Position numbers and translations under genes: made by a program. From assembly GCA_002269645.1 (NCBI GenBank), contig NIVC01000020.1, positions 1,240,001 to 1,304,000 on the forward strand: a DNA stretch of 64,000 nucleotides, given 5' to 3'. This document shows positions 21,560 through 32,197 of this stretch, piece after piece. The notes below the pieces were generated by a model. The model searched no databases. It saw nothing but the letters and a program-made list of their open reading frames with translations, and was not told the DNA's origin. Each line of letters begins with the position of its first letter. Within the stretch, counting starts at the first letter, position 1. The DNA comes from Macrostomum lignano (lineage: Eukaryota).

Positions 21560-24500
21560 CTAGAGGTCGGTTGACACGACGCTGCGGCGAGGAGGCGCCT
21601 GTGGCTGCGGCGGCGCCTGATGCTGGCGGCGAGCTGCGGGCTGCGGAGGCTCCACCCAGCGGCTGAAGGGGTCGGCGCCTGGCTGCACCGAGTATTCGAA
21701 GGTCCTGCCGCAGGTGGTGTCCACCGGCCGGATGCTCTGCGGCGGGAACTCGCGCCCGGTGTCCACGAACTCCTGCAGCGTGGCCAGCAGCCGGGGGTAG
21801 TGATGCCGCAGGCTAACGCCCCGCTGCCGCAGCTCCCGGCGAACTCGATCGAGCAGGTCCGCGCGGGACTGCCGCAGCTGCTGCTCCCGCCGCTGCTCCG
21901 CCTCTGCCGCGGCCGCCGACGCAGCTGCGACTGAGCCTTCGCTGTCTGGTCCGTCGTCTGCAGCGAGTCGCAGGAAGCACCAGGAGGTGACCAGCGGCCC
22001 GGAGTCGACGCTGACGCTGGTGCAGAGCACGAGGGCGCCAGTCGGATCGCAGAGGCGGCAGGCTTCCGTGACCTCGCGGAGCTGCTCGCCGACCAGCCCG
22101 CAGGCGGCGAGGTCTCCCGCTGGCGCGAACACCGGCGGGCGCAGCGGCGGAGTGGCGGCGGCTCCCGACAGCAGCAGGAGGACGCAGCCGCGGCCGAGGC
22201 TGCGCTGCCCGGCGCGGGCCAACGCGGAGACGGCGCGGTGCGCGGCGGAGTCTTGCAGCAAGCGGCTGGCCGCACTTCGGCAAGTGTCGGCGGCGCGGGT
22301 GTAGGCGCAGCTGCGCTTGTGCGCTTCCCAGTGGCCGCGGCGGCAGTCGGAGCCGCAGTAGTAGGTGTAGCACCTGCTGCAGGACACAAAGCTTCTCTCA
22401 GCTTCGGCCAGGTCAACGCGCTTGGCGCAGCGGGGGTTCACACACTCCATCAAGTACCCGTTGACGTCCCGGATGACGCCCTGTCTCAGCTCTGCCGCCT
22501 GCATTGCCTCGTCGGCGAATCTGACCGGCGGTGAGCGGTGGCCATCCTGGGCTGGCGTCGTCGCTGGCACCGCAGCCGCAGCTGCCGCCAGCTGTGCCGA
22601 CAAGCCGCTGGCCCGGCCAGCCGCCAGCTGTCGATCCACGAAGGCCAACGCGGCCGACGTCTGCGACTGCCGGCTTAGCCCGTCCGCGTAGCTCACGGCC
22701 GCGGTTGCCTCCGGCTGGTGCGCCAGCAGCCGCCCGTCCGGCTTCGGGCGTTGAAGCAGCTGCGCCGGAAGCATGGAAGTCTCGATCACCGTCTCTTCCT
22801 CCGACGCCGTGCCGTCATCGTCTTCGCTGCCGCTGCCGCTGCTGCCGCTGCTAGAAGACTCCGAGCTGCTGCTGGCCGACCGGTTCAGCTGCTTCGGGTC
22901 CGGGGCGCTGCGGCTTGGCGGCTTCTCCGGCTCGCCCTCTGACTCGCTGCTGATGTGCCGAACCGCCCCGTTGGTCAGGTGATGCCGAGGCGATGGCGCT
23001 GCCTGCTGCAGCTGCGGCTTCGACACTGGCTGCTGCGGCTGCTGCGGCTGCGGCTTCGACACTGGCTGCGGCTGCTGCGGCTGCGGCTGCGGCTGCGGCT
23101 GCGGCTGCGGCTGCGGCTGCGGCGGCTGCGGCTTCGACACTGGCTGCTGCTCGTCGTCCTCACCATCCGATTCCTCGGCCTCCGACGTCTCTTCCGAGTC
23201 CGTCGTGTCCGATTCCGTCGAAGAGCTGCCCTCCGTCGAGGAATCGTCCGACGAGTCCTCAGAAGAGCCGGAAGACTCAGCGTCTTCGTTGGCCTGCCGC
23301 TCCGCCGATCCACTCTCGGACTGCGTGTCCGAAGGAAAGTCCGTGGACACCGTGGTGCTGGTGTCTCCGAGCTGCTGCACCTGCTGCTCTGAGACGTCCC
23401 GAAAGCTGCGGTCGATGAACATCATGGTGCTGGCATCGCTGGACTGCTGCTCATCGTCACGTGACTCGTCCGACGAGCCGTCCAGCGACTCCGGCGGCAG
23501 CGTCGACAGCCTCGGCGGTGGCGGCGGCAGCGAAGGTGGCGACTGCGGTGGCAGCGCGGACTCCGCCACAGCGGCTTTGCGCGGCGCTACAAGAGTCTCT
23601 GCCGGGACCTCCGCTGCCGACTTCTCGGTCTTCGGCAGAAAGTCGGCCGGGTCCAGCTTCAGCGGCGCCAGCACCGAACTGGGCGCCACCAACGGTTTCA
23701 CTGGCGCCCGCACCTGATGCGGCGGCTGCTGCTGCTCGCGGCTGCTTCTGGAAGCCGCTGGCTGGCTGTCCCGCCGAATGCTGCTCTCGGTGAAGTACTT
23801 CCTCCTGGGCTCCTCCGGCGGCGCCATCGGGGGTGGTCGCGACCGCTCCGAGGCGAAGGAGGTTTTCTTGAATTCGCCCTCGCTGGCCTCGCCGCGCCTG
23901 GCGCTGAGCGAGCTGTAGCCCGGGCTGAACAGCGCCGGCCGCGCGGGCAGGCTCACGAACTTCGGGATGATCAGCGGCTGCAGGCTCTGGTCGGTGGTGT
24001 CAGTGGCAGCGGCCGACTCCCGCCCGGAGCCCAGGCTGTGCCGAGTGGACCAGGGCCGAGGCGCCTCTGCCGCTGCGGGGGCGGCTTCTGCAGCCGAGTC
24101 CTGGCTGAGCTTCAAGTTGTCCATCCATCTGGGGATGTCCAGGCGTGACAGCGACTTGCAGATGGCCTTCTCGCTTTCCGAGGTTGCGCGCTCCTCCAGG
24201 CGCTGAATGAAAGTTTTCTCCTGCTGCTGCTGGCGCCGCTTCGAGTTGGTGCGACTCGCCTTGACGCGCCTGGCGGTCATGGGCGCGGCGCCGGAGTCGA
24301 GCAGATCCTCGCTGTTGGCCCTGTTGAGCCGCTGGTCCAGCTCCGCGTCCCGGGTGCCGAGGCCGTCGAAAACACCGCCCGGTGTGGTCGGCGGCGCGGT
24401 CGCCAAGTTCAGCAGGCTCTGCGACTTCGGCGCCGGGCTCAGCGGTGACTCAGCGTCCACGTCCGTCTCCGTGACGATCTCGTGGCTCAGCTCTTCGCCG

Positions 24501-26116
24501 GTGTCGATGTCCGTCTCGATGAGCGACACGTAGGACTTGGAGTCGTTCGCGTGGCCCCCGGCTGCTCCCGCCGCGGCGACGGCTCTCGCGTCTCCAGCCA
24601 GCATGCTGCGCCGCAGGTCGAACAGCGAGACGGATTTGTAGTTGCCGGGCTCCGTGTCGAAGGCGTTCAGGTCGTATCTGGAGCCCGCTGCCGAGGCGCC
24701 CTCACCGACGCCACCGTCGGGCAGGTCGTCAATGTCGGTGGACACGAAGCGCCGCCGACCGGAGCCAGAGATCTGGGAATAAACCTGCAGGGCGCTGTGG
24801 TCGTCCAGCAGCTCCCGCAGCTGGTACATGCTGCGCGAGGAGTCCTTGCTGAGGGTGCTGCAGGCGCTGCGGGCCCGGTAGTCGCTCGGGCTGTTGCTGC
24901 CGCCGGAGCGCAGCGAGCCGGACTGGCCCGGCCTGGCCGCCGGGTCGAACACCGGCCGGCGGAAATATTCATTGCGGGCCCTCTGGAGCCGCTCCTGGTC
25001 CAGCTGCAGTGAGGACTGATGGTGCCGCGGCTGCGGCCGGGCGGCCCCGGGTGGCACCGCCGTCTCCTGCAGCACGGAGCGGTAGGGCCGCTTCTGCGAC
25101 TCCTCCGGGCTCGCCTTGCTGGCGGTGATTGGCGAGCTGGGATCGCTGGTGTCGGAGATGTAGGCGCTCTCCACCATCTGGCCGCCCAGGAGTGTGGTGT
25201 CGCCGCTCTGCGGACTTACGGCCTGCCGCTCCGGCGACATCGGCGCCTCGTTGAGGACGATTGGCGACCGCGGCGGAACTGCGGCTGGCAGCGGCGCCTC
25301 CATCTGGCGCTGCCTGGCAAGCTGGCGTGCCTTCAGCGCGTCCAGCTGCCGCTTGAGATCCAGGAAGCGCTCCTGGTCGGAGCGAATCCGACCCAGCCTG
25401 TCCGTTGCCTCCACCGACTCGTCCGTCTTCAGCTGCTCCATGAGCTGCACCTCCGACTGTACAGCCTTGGTGGCCCTCCGGCAGTAATCGTCCGCGATTT
25501 CCTGGCGCCGCTCCGTGTTGTAGCGGCTCTGGATGACGGACCGGGTGGCGGCCTCGAAGTCCGCGTAGTCAGCCTTGTCGCCTTTGGCTGGCGACGGCAG
25601 CTCCTGGGTGACGGTCTCCTGCGTGGTGTCCTGCCGGCCCAGCCGCAGCAGGGAGAACACGTTCTCTGAGTTGTCCCGGCTGTCAAGTCGCCGAGGCGAG
25701 CTCACGACCCGCTTCTTGTCCGGGTCGGCCGGGTCGGCGCCCGGGTCGGGAGACTCCCGCCGCTGCAGCTCGCTGTCGCTGCTGACGGTGATCTGCAGGC
25801 GGCTGGGCTCCAGCACGGGGCTCGGGCGCACAGTGCAGGAGGTGGAGATGAAGATCCGGTACTCCTCGGCTCCTTGGCGGGCTCTGCCGCGGGCCAGAGC
25901 CGCGCCCGCGATGCTGGCGGCCCGGGCGGTGGCCCGCGCGATGGCGGTGGTCGGGTTGGCGCCGCTGGCCTCCGTGGTGACGAAGGCCTCCGAGCCGCTG
26001 CTGCCGGACCCGTCGGCGTCCTCGGGGCCTTCCGCCGACTCGCCGTCGGCGCCACCGAGCTGGCTGAGCTGCTCGCCCTTCGCGTTGGTGATGCGGGCTC
26101 TGGAGGACGCCACGGC
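21560..26116 (-). CDS. AJM1: AJM1 (apical junction component 1/C9orf172)-like protein, large terminal exon with a C-terminal MYND-like zinc finger domain
   Basis: CVNPRC...SCSRCYTYYCGSDCRRGHWEAHKRSCAY...HRAVSALARAGQRSLGRGCVLL parallels AJM1 ([26 protein letters not shown]...[20 protein letters not shown]). The N-terminal ~1250 aa are low complexity. The 5' edge is placed at a predicted acceptor (26117-26118); the ORF track starts at 26182. Confidence 0.75.
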   Translation of the reverse strand, partial: AVASSRARITNAKGEQLSQLGGADGESAEGPEDADGSGSSGSEAFVTTEASGANPTTAIARATARAASIAGAALARGRARQGAEEYRIFISTSCTVRPSPVLEPSRLQITVSSDSELQRRESPDPGADPADPDKKRVVSSPRRLDSRDNSENVFSLLRLGRQDTTQETVTQELPSPAKGDKADYADFEAATRSVIQSRYNTERRQEIADDYCRRATKAVQSEVQLMEQLKTDESVEATDRLGRIRSDQERFLDLKRQLDALKARQLARQRQMEAPLPAAVPPRSPIVLNEAPMSPERQAVSPQSGDTTLLGGQMVESAYISDTSDPSSPITASKASPEESQKRPYRSVLQETAVPPGAARPQPRHHQSSLQLDQERLQRARNEYFRRPVFDPAARPGQSGSLRSGGSNSPSDYRARSACSTLSKDSSRSMYQLRELLDDHSALQVYSQISGSGRRRFVSTDIDDLPDGGVGEGASAAGSRYDLNAFDTEPGNYKSVSLFDLRRSMLAGDARAVAAAGAAGGHANDSKSYVSLIETDIDTGEELSHEIVTETDVDAESPLSPAPKSQSLLNLATAPPTTPGGVFDGLGTRDAELDQRLNRANSEDLLDSGAAPMTARRVKASRTNSKRRQQQQEKTFIQRLEERATSESEKAICKSLSRLDIPRWMDNLKLSQDSAAEAAPAAAEAPRPWSTRHSLGSGRESAAATDTTDQSLQPLIIPKFVSLPARPALFSPGYSSLSARRGEASEGEFKKTSFASERSRPPPMAPPEEPRRKYFTESSIRRDSQPAASRSSREQQQPPHQVRAPVKPLVAPSSVLAPLKLDPADFLPKTEKSAAEVPAETLVAPRKAAVAESALPPQSPPSLPPPPPRLSTLPPESLDGSSDESRDDEQQSSDASTMMFIDRSFRDVSEQQVQQLGDTSTTVSTDFPSDTQSESGSAERQANEDAESSGSSEDSSDDSSTEGSSSTESDTTDSEETSEAEESDGEDDEQQPVSKPQPPQPQPQPQPQPQPQPQQPQPVSKPQPQQPQQPVSKPQLQQAAPSPRHHLTNGAVRHISSESEGEPEKPPSRSAPDPKQLNRSASSSSESSSSGSSGSGSEDDDGTASEEETVIETSMLPAQLLQRPKPDGRLLAHQPEATAAVSYADGLSRQSQTSAALAFVDRQLAAGRASGLSAQLAAAAAAVPATTPAQDGHRSPPVRFADEAMQAAELRQGVIRDVNGYLMECVNPRCAKRVDLAEAERSFVSCSRCYTYYCGSDCRRGHWEAHKRSCAYTRAADTCRSAASRLLQDSAAHRAVSALARAGQRSLGRGCVLLLLSGAAATPPLRPPVFAPAGDLAACGLVGEQLREVTEACRLCDPTGALVLCTSVSVDSGPLVTSWCFLRLAADDGPDSEGSVAAASAAAAEAEQRREQQLRQSRADLLDRVRRELRQRGVSLRHHYPRLLATLQEFVDTGREFPPQSIRPVDTTCGRTFEYSVQPGADPFSRWVEPPQPAARRQHQAPPQPQAPPRRSVVSTDL

Positions 26117-26482
26117 CTGCACCGCGCCGCGGCCTGGAGTCAGTTTTGCGGGGTTTAACTGTGCTGATGCCTGCAGCCTCATTTATTTACCTTGGAAACC
26201 TGAAAGCCTGACAGATTTTACTATTCTGCGAGATCAGCTCACCACCCTCTGAGCTGCGCGATACAGCCGGGTGGAAAATTCCACACCTCAAGTCAGAGAG
26301 CCGGCAAACTTAGCGAATTGGCTACATTTTGATTCCTGCCCGGCATGAAACCTGCGCCACACAGGCCGTCTGCGCTCACCCAAGTCGAGGCTTCCAAGTT
26401 TTTTTGCGTCGTTAAGCAGCGCCATTTCCCCAAAAATGTCTCCGGAGAAAAACTGCATGAAGATAATTGATTTGCCACTCAC

Positions 26483-27140
26483 CGCTGCGCCATTGGTCCA
26501 GCGGACCGCTCGGGGCGAACTGGTACGACCCGGCGCTGACCTTCTCCAGCGCCAGAGGCTCCTCGACTGCTGGCGGCGCGTCCGCCTCCGCATCCGCTTC
26601 CGCCTTCATCTCTGCCGCTGATGCCGCTGCTTCAGCTTCCGCCAGCGGCTCCGCGCAGCTGCTGTTGTTCTTCTGCGGCTGGTCCGGCTGGCCACCCTCC
26701 GACTCCGCCGACTCCGCCGACTCTGACGACTCTGACGACTCCGAGGACTCGCTGGAGTCCGACTCGGGCGGCTCGCTCGGCCGGCCCGACTGCTCTGCGT
26801 CCAGGCGCGGCACTTTCGCCTCCGGCGGCTCGTTCAGGGCTTTGCGCTTCCTGGCCACCTCGGCGTCGTCCTCCGGTGTCGGCTGCGGCAGCGGCTCCGC
26901 ACTGGCCCCTCCGTCCACCGAATCTGCGACTTCATCGTCTGGCGCTGCCGTCTCGCTCGGCTGCTCATCATCTCCAGCCGAGGACTCCACATCGGAGGAC
27001 CGGTCGTCGTCTCCAGCCGTGCTGGAGGTCGCCGTCGAGCTGCTCGATTCGTCCTCGTCTTCGCTGGTTGAATACTCGATGTCCTCCGCCGCTTCCGGCA
27101 GAAACCTTCGTTGAGCAGCCCGCGGCATGGGCGTCGGGGT
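26483..27140 (-). CDS. Acidic/Ser-rich internal exon, probably of the AJM1-like gene
   Basis: Acceptor CCACTTCAG at 27141-27142, donor GTGAGT at 26482, coding-like composition (EDIEYSTSEDEDESSS...), same strand as the AJM1-like exon. Confidence 0.6.
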
Positions 27141-28427
27141 CTGAAGTGGAGCGGGGATTGACGGCTTGGAAATCACAGACTGGAGATCACAGACTGCAGG
27201 TCACAGACAAGATGGAGGTCACAGACTGGAGGTCACAGTACATGGCTTACCGCATTGATACCTTGCATTTCTATGCTGAAGACAATGGTTTTGTTGAGTC
27301 CTGCTGCTGACTGAAGAAAACGCTGTTTAAGCAGAGTCTGCTAAGATACTTGTTGCCGCAAACCCAAAGCCGGAACTGAGCCCAAGAAATGCCAAATTCT
27401 GTGCAAGCGCAGTCGCGGCAGGCAATGAAGCGAAGACAAATGGAAAAAAACCTGGCAAAGCTCGCCGCCGCGCTCACAAGGCCGAGCATCAAATGTTTTG
27501 CCTTTTTGTTGAGCAGCTCTCCGGGGGTTGTGGGCAGGGCTCAGACTGAGGCAGACAGAGATAAGGAGGCCATTTGCGCCGGCTAATTTAGGCAGTGCTG
27601 GCTGAGCCCCTCCTGCCCGTATCTCGGCTTGCAAGAGAGCAGAGAGCAGAGCGGAGTACACGCTAAGAGACTCAAGCTCTCTTGGCGCATTGAGTCACCG
27701 GGCGAGATACCCAAGGCTGGCCAATGCGGGCGGTCTGGGCTACGGAATGAGAAACACGAAGCGGCAAAGGCGCCAAAGAAGAAAGCGAGACAGACGCAGA
27801 GCCATTGGCAAACAGAGCGCGCGGGCGCACAGGGCGGGGAATTGCCTTACAATTGCAACTTTAAGAACTGCTCACCTTTGCTGTCGAGTCGCCCGACATC
27901 GCGGCAGCCGCAGCCGCCGCAGCCGCCGCCACCACGTCTTCCATCGGCTCGTCTGCAGGAGGAGCGGGCGGGTGGAGAGATTTCTTTATTGAATTCTGCG
28001 GCTCAAAAACCGTTTAGAAAGCCAAAACTGCTTAGGAAGACTGGCAGAAGTTCTCACGACCAGGCGGGGTCGCCGTGTTTATGGCAGAGCCACGAGCGGA
28101 ATTTCGCCTACGATTCGTGCCGCGTCCAACTTGCCCGAATTCCAACTAAATGGGAGGTGCTTGGCAGGCCGGCGGGGCAGATCTGGTACCCGCCACCTGC
28201 CCAGCCAGCCGCCAAACAGGTGCACAGCTCCGCAATGCCCCCCTGGTCTCTGCGCAGCTCCCTCCCTCCCTCCTGATAAGCGAAAGCGCCGCGCCCTTCT
28301 GACCGCCCCCCCTTTGGAGTCGGGCTTGCAAATTAGGGAGGGCTGCCCGCACTGCCGGATTGGCTTTCACTGCACGGCTGCACCTCTGGCTCTGTGCCTC
28401 TGGCTCTCTTTGCACTGGCTCCGGTGA

Positions 28428-28716
28428 TTGAGTGAGTGAGTGAGTGAGTGAGTGAGTGAGTGAGTGAGTGAGTGAGTGAGTGAGTGAGTGAGTGAGTGAG
28501 TGAGTGAGTGAGTGAGTGAGTGAGTGAGTGAGTGAGTGAGTGAGTGAGTGAGTGAGTGAGTGAGTGAGTGAGTGAGTGAGTGAGTGAGTGAGTGAGTGAG
28601 TGAGTGAGTGAGTGAGTGAGTGAGTGAGTGAGTGAGTGAGTGAGTGAGTGAGTGAGTGAGTGAGTGAGTGAGTGAGTGAGTGAGTGAGTGAGTGAGCGAG
28701 TGAGTGAGTGAGTGAG
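28428..28716. repeat. (TGAG)n tetranucleotide microsatellite, ~70 units
   Basis: Nearly perfect TGAG run. Confidence 0.99.
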
Positions 28717-29356
28717 GGAAGCCACTGCAGGCACCTGCTCTCTCCTGCTCACCCGGCATAGAAGCGCACAAGCGGGCGATTTGTCAGCCTGACTTACGGC
28801 GGCTCCCACACCCAGTGATTCGGCGCTCCCCAGCCAGGCCGCAGCCCCGGGCCAAACCAGCCCTCCCCGCCCTCCCCGCCCTCCCCGCCCTCCCCGCCCT
28901 CCCCGTCTCAATGGCGACCCCGAAATCACCGATAAATCGATTATCTGTGCCGGCCTCGCGCAGCCAGGCGCGGCTCACAGCGCACCAGTTGAATTTCTCT
29001 GCTCTGCGCTCCGCCGAGATCCCGAGCGTCTCCGAGAACTCTGATCCCATGCGCGCAATGCTTCTGCCCCTGCTCAGCTCCCAGTGACTCCCCTCCGAGC
29101 CTTGTTAGGTCAGCGCTGATGGCCTGAAGAAAGTTCTTCTGCTCGGGCTGCCGATCTCCGCCACTGCCCCATCAAATTAAAGCATTTGAGGATGCGCCGA
29201 AGGCCTGACTGATCCCCTGACACTCGCAGTAATTGCATTTGTCCGCAGCCCGCGGCTCCACGTCTCCCTGATCAGCCGCTTAGCCATCGAGTCCTCATTT
29301 GGGAAATCTCTCAGCTTTGTCAGAGGGGTCGAGATTTGAAAGACCACGAGATCATT

Positions 29357-29668
29357 CGCCAGTGCTCAGATTAGCTATAAGAATGCCGGAACTCACACTG
29401 GTCCATCGCAGCGCCCCCCCCCCAGTGCTCAGATTAGCTATAAGAATGCCGGAACTCACACTGGTCCATCGCAGCGCCCCCCCCCCAGTGCTCAGATTAG
29501 CTATAAGAATCCCGGAACTCACACTGGTCCATCGCAGCACCCCCCCCCCCCCAGTGCTCAGATTAGCTATAAGAATGCCGGAACTCACACTGGTCCATCG
29601 CAGCGGCCCCCTCCCCAGTGCTCAGATTAGCTATAAGAATCCCGGAACTCACACTGGTCCATCGCAGC
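29357..29668. repeat. ~63-bp minisatellite x5 with a variable poly-C tract
   Basis: CCAGTGCTCAGATTAGCTATAAGAATGCCGGAACTCACACTGGTCCATCGCAGCG(C)n. Confidence 0.93.
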
Positions 29669-30552
29669 GGCCCCCAGCGGCTCCGCCCGCAGCTCAATGA
29701 CCAGGCGCTTGCGGCACGCAGAGCACCGCTTCACCGTCACCCGAACCAGCGCGCCTTGGGACATGCTGTGCTCAACAATGCTTGGCTGCAGCTGCAGCCT
29801 GCTTGTAGTCCAGTTTCTAATATAACAATTCCTTAGCAACTCGGTGGCAGAGTCTGAGACCGGAACGCCCCATTATTTCTAATGCTACGTGAGCTGGCGG
29901 AGTGCCATAGACATGGGTAGCCGGCTGTGCTTTTGTACTCTATTTTAGCAGCAGCCGGATGCAGCTGGAGGGGCCCCATCAATAATTAACAAAGCCGGGC
30001 TGGCATGAAGGGGGAGACCGCACTGTCCCAGCGGAGATGACGGAGATGGAGCAATAGAAGCCGCAGCATCCCTCTGAGCCGGGCATTGGAGGGGAAGGGT
30101 TAAGTCTCTCCAAAGTAGGCAAAGTCCCGTTGATTCCCGATAGCTTAAGGCGGCGGCAAGGCTTGCGGAGTGTTTCACCCGGGCCAGGATTTCAACTGCC
30201 AAGTAGCCAGCAGTGGCTCAAGGGCCTGAAGGACTGCTGCATCCATTATCAACTGCATTGACTGCTTTCACTACACTAATTAAGTCGGTTTCTCACGGGT
30301 CTTGTGCGCAATACGCGGCTACTCGAAAGCAAAAGTGTGCCCCCCAATGCCAAATTTCCAGGCTAAACGACCCACCGTGTGGCCCTCATTATGCGAGCTC
30401 AAGCGGTGTCTACCGGGGGAAGCGGAGCACGAGAAACTTTTGTATTTATAATTTTACCAACTGGCGCTGGCCTCAGCCGCTTCTAATAGCCGTTTAATAG
30501 GCCCTCGGCCCTCGATAAAGAGCAGCGTGCCCGGCCCGCCCAGGCCACTCAC

Positions 30553-32197
30553 CGAACCGCGTCACTTCAGTCTCCTCGTCGGCTTCGTCAAGCTCCTCCT
30601 CAGTCTCAATGAGCTGGCTGCCCCGCAGGCTGTTGTCGCCGCTGCCACCGCGGCCCTCCGTCACCGTGGCGAACGACTCGCAGCTCTCCCTGGCCGTGTA
30701 GAAGGTGGACGCCGAGTCGCTCTGCAGGCCGCCGCTCTGCAGCTCCTCGGCACTGCGCGCCGCTCTCAGGCGGCTCTCCTGGTCAGCAGCGGCTGCAGTG
30801 GCAGCTGCCGTGGCTGAGCTGAAGTCCGGGTTGCTCTTGCGAATCTCCTGCATCTCGATGTCCCGCTGGATGGCGGAGCCGCGCAGCGCCACCTCCTCCT
30901 CCTCTGTCTCCATTGGGCTGGCGTACTTCTCCTCGATTTTTGCAGCCGGCAGCCACGCGTCCTCGTCGTCCTCCTCCTCATCCTCATCTTCCGAGCTGCT
31001 GATCTCATCGGAGCTCTCCTCCAGGATGGGAAACAGACAGCGGCTGCTGCCGATCATCTGGCTGCTGGCCCTGAGAATGTCGTGGATGCTCTGGTACTCG
31101 AAGCTCGGCTGGTCGTACGAGGCGTCTTTCTCGTACGTGTTGATGATGAAGTCCGAGATGTCGCTCTCTTCGTCCTCGCTGGACTCGTCCGGCGACCCCG
31201 GCGGCGCGTCCGTCTCCTCCGACGCCGCCGCAGTTCCAGCCGTCGATGCCGGCTCCACCGGCTTTGGCAGCGGCGGCAGCGGGGGCGGACGCGACGGCAG
31301 CTGCTGTGGCTGGCCGCTCCGAGCTTTGATCTTCAGCAGGATGTCGCGCGTCTTGTCGCTGAACTCCGGGTAGTAGGCGGCGTCCTGCTGCGTTGCGTTG
31401 GCGTCGCCGCCGCCGCTGCAGAATGTTGAAGTCCCCCAGAGACCGCCGCCGCCGTAGACTCCGGTGTCGTGCGAGTCGAGCGGCTCCAGCGAGTCCCGGT
31501 CCATGGCAACGGCCCGCGAGCCGGTGGGGTCGCTCTGGGTCCGGTCCTCCGGGTGCGGCCGGTGCCTCAGCGCAATCTGCAGCCCGTCCTCGTGGTATTC
31601 CTCGGTGAAGTTAGCGTCCAGATCGTCCGCCCCCGACATGGCCAAGCTGTTGCTGGTGATGGAGATGCCCGCGCCGGCTCTCTGCAGCTTCTCCAGGTGC
31701 AGATCGTCCGTGGAGCCCCTGCCGGAGTGGTGCTGCTGCGGGGAGTCGCCCTCCGTGTCCAGAATTCTGGCCAGCGCTGTGAAGTCCGACTTCACGGAGG
31801 TCATGAGGTCCTCGATGCTCGAGGCTCCATCCGGTGGCTGCCGCGGCTGCGACCACAACGGCGGCTGCGCAACGGCGCTTCGGGTTCCGACGCGACTCTT
31901 TAATGGCGAGTAGAAGGCCCCGTCTGCGGCCTCGCCGTCCAGACTGTCCGAGTCCGACAGGCTCTCATCGCGGAACTCGCGACACTCGTCTTGACTGGGC
32001 GACTCGAGAGACATCGGCTGCGGATACTGCTGCTGCTGCTGAAGCTGCTCGCCGGGCAGCTGGAGGTTCGAGTTGATGCTCAGCATGTCCCGCTTGACCT
32101 CGCTGAGCGCAGTTTCCAGGGAGCTGTAGCGCTCGTCCCGCAGCTGCGCCATTCTGTCCAGGTCAGCACCGTCAGCTGGCGGGACCTCCGCCGACAT
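30553..32197 (-). CDS. Large acidic low-complexity first coding exon (548 codons); possibly the 5' exon of the AJM1-like gene, or a separate gene
   Basis: ATG at 32197, short N-terminal coiled-coil-like stretch (LETALSEVKRDML), strong GTGAGT donor at 30552, GC-rich coding bias. No domain recognised. Confidence 0.6.

Noticed and set aside
21430-26252. Numerous antisense or alternative-frame ORFs overlapping GC-rich exons
   Set aside because: These are expected shadows of high-GC coding sequence with few stops, and they show no motifs. The same holds over CCT8, Trm9-like, Twinkle, ankyrin, FLASH-like and PIGO exons.
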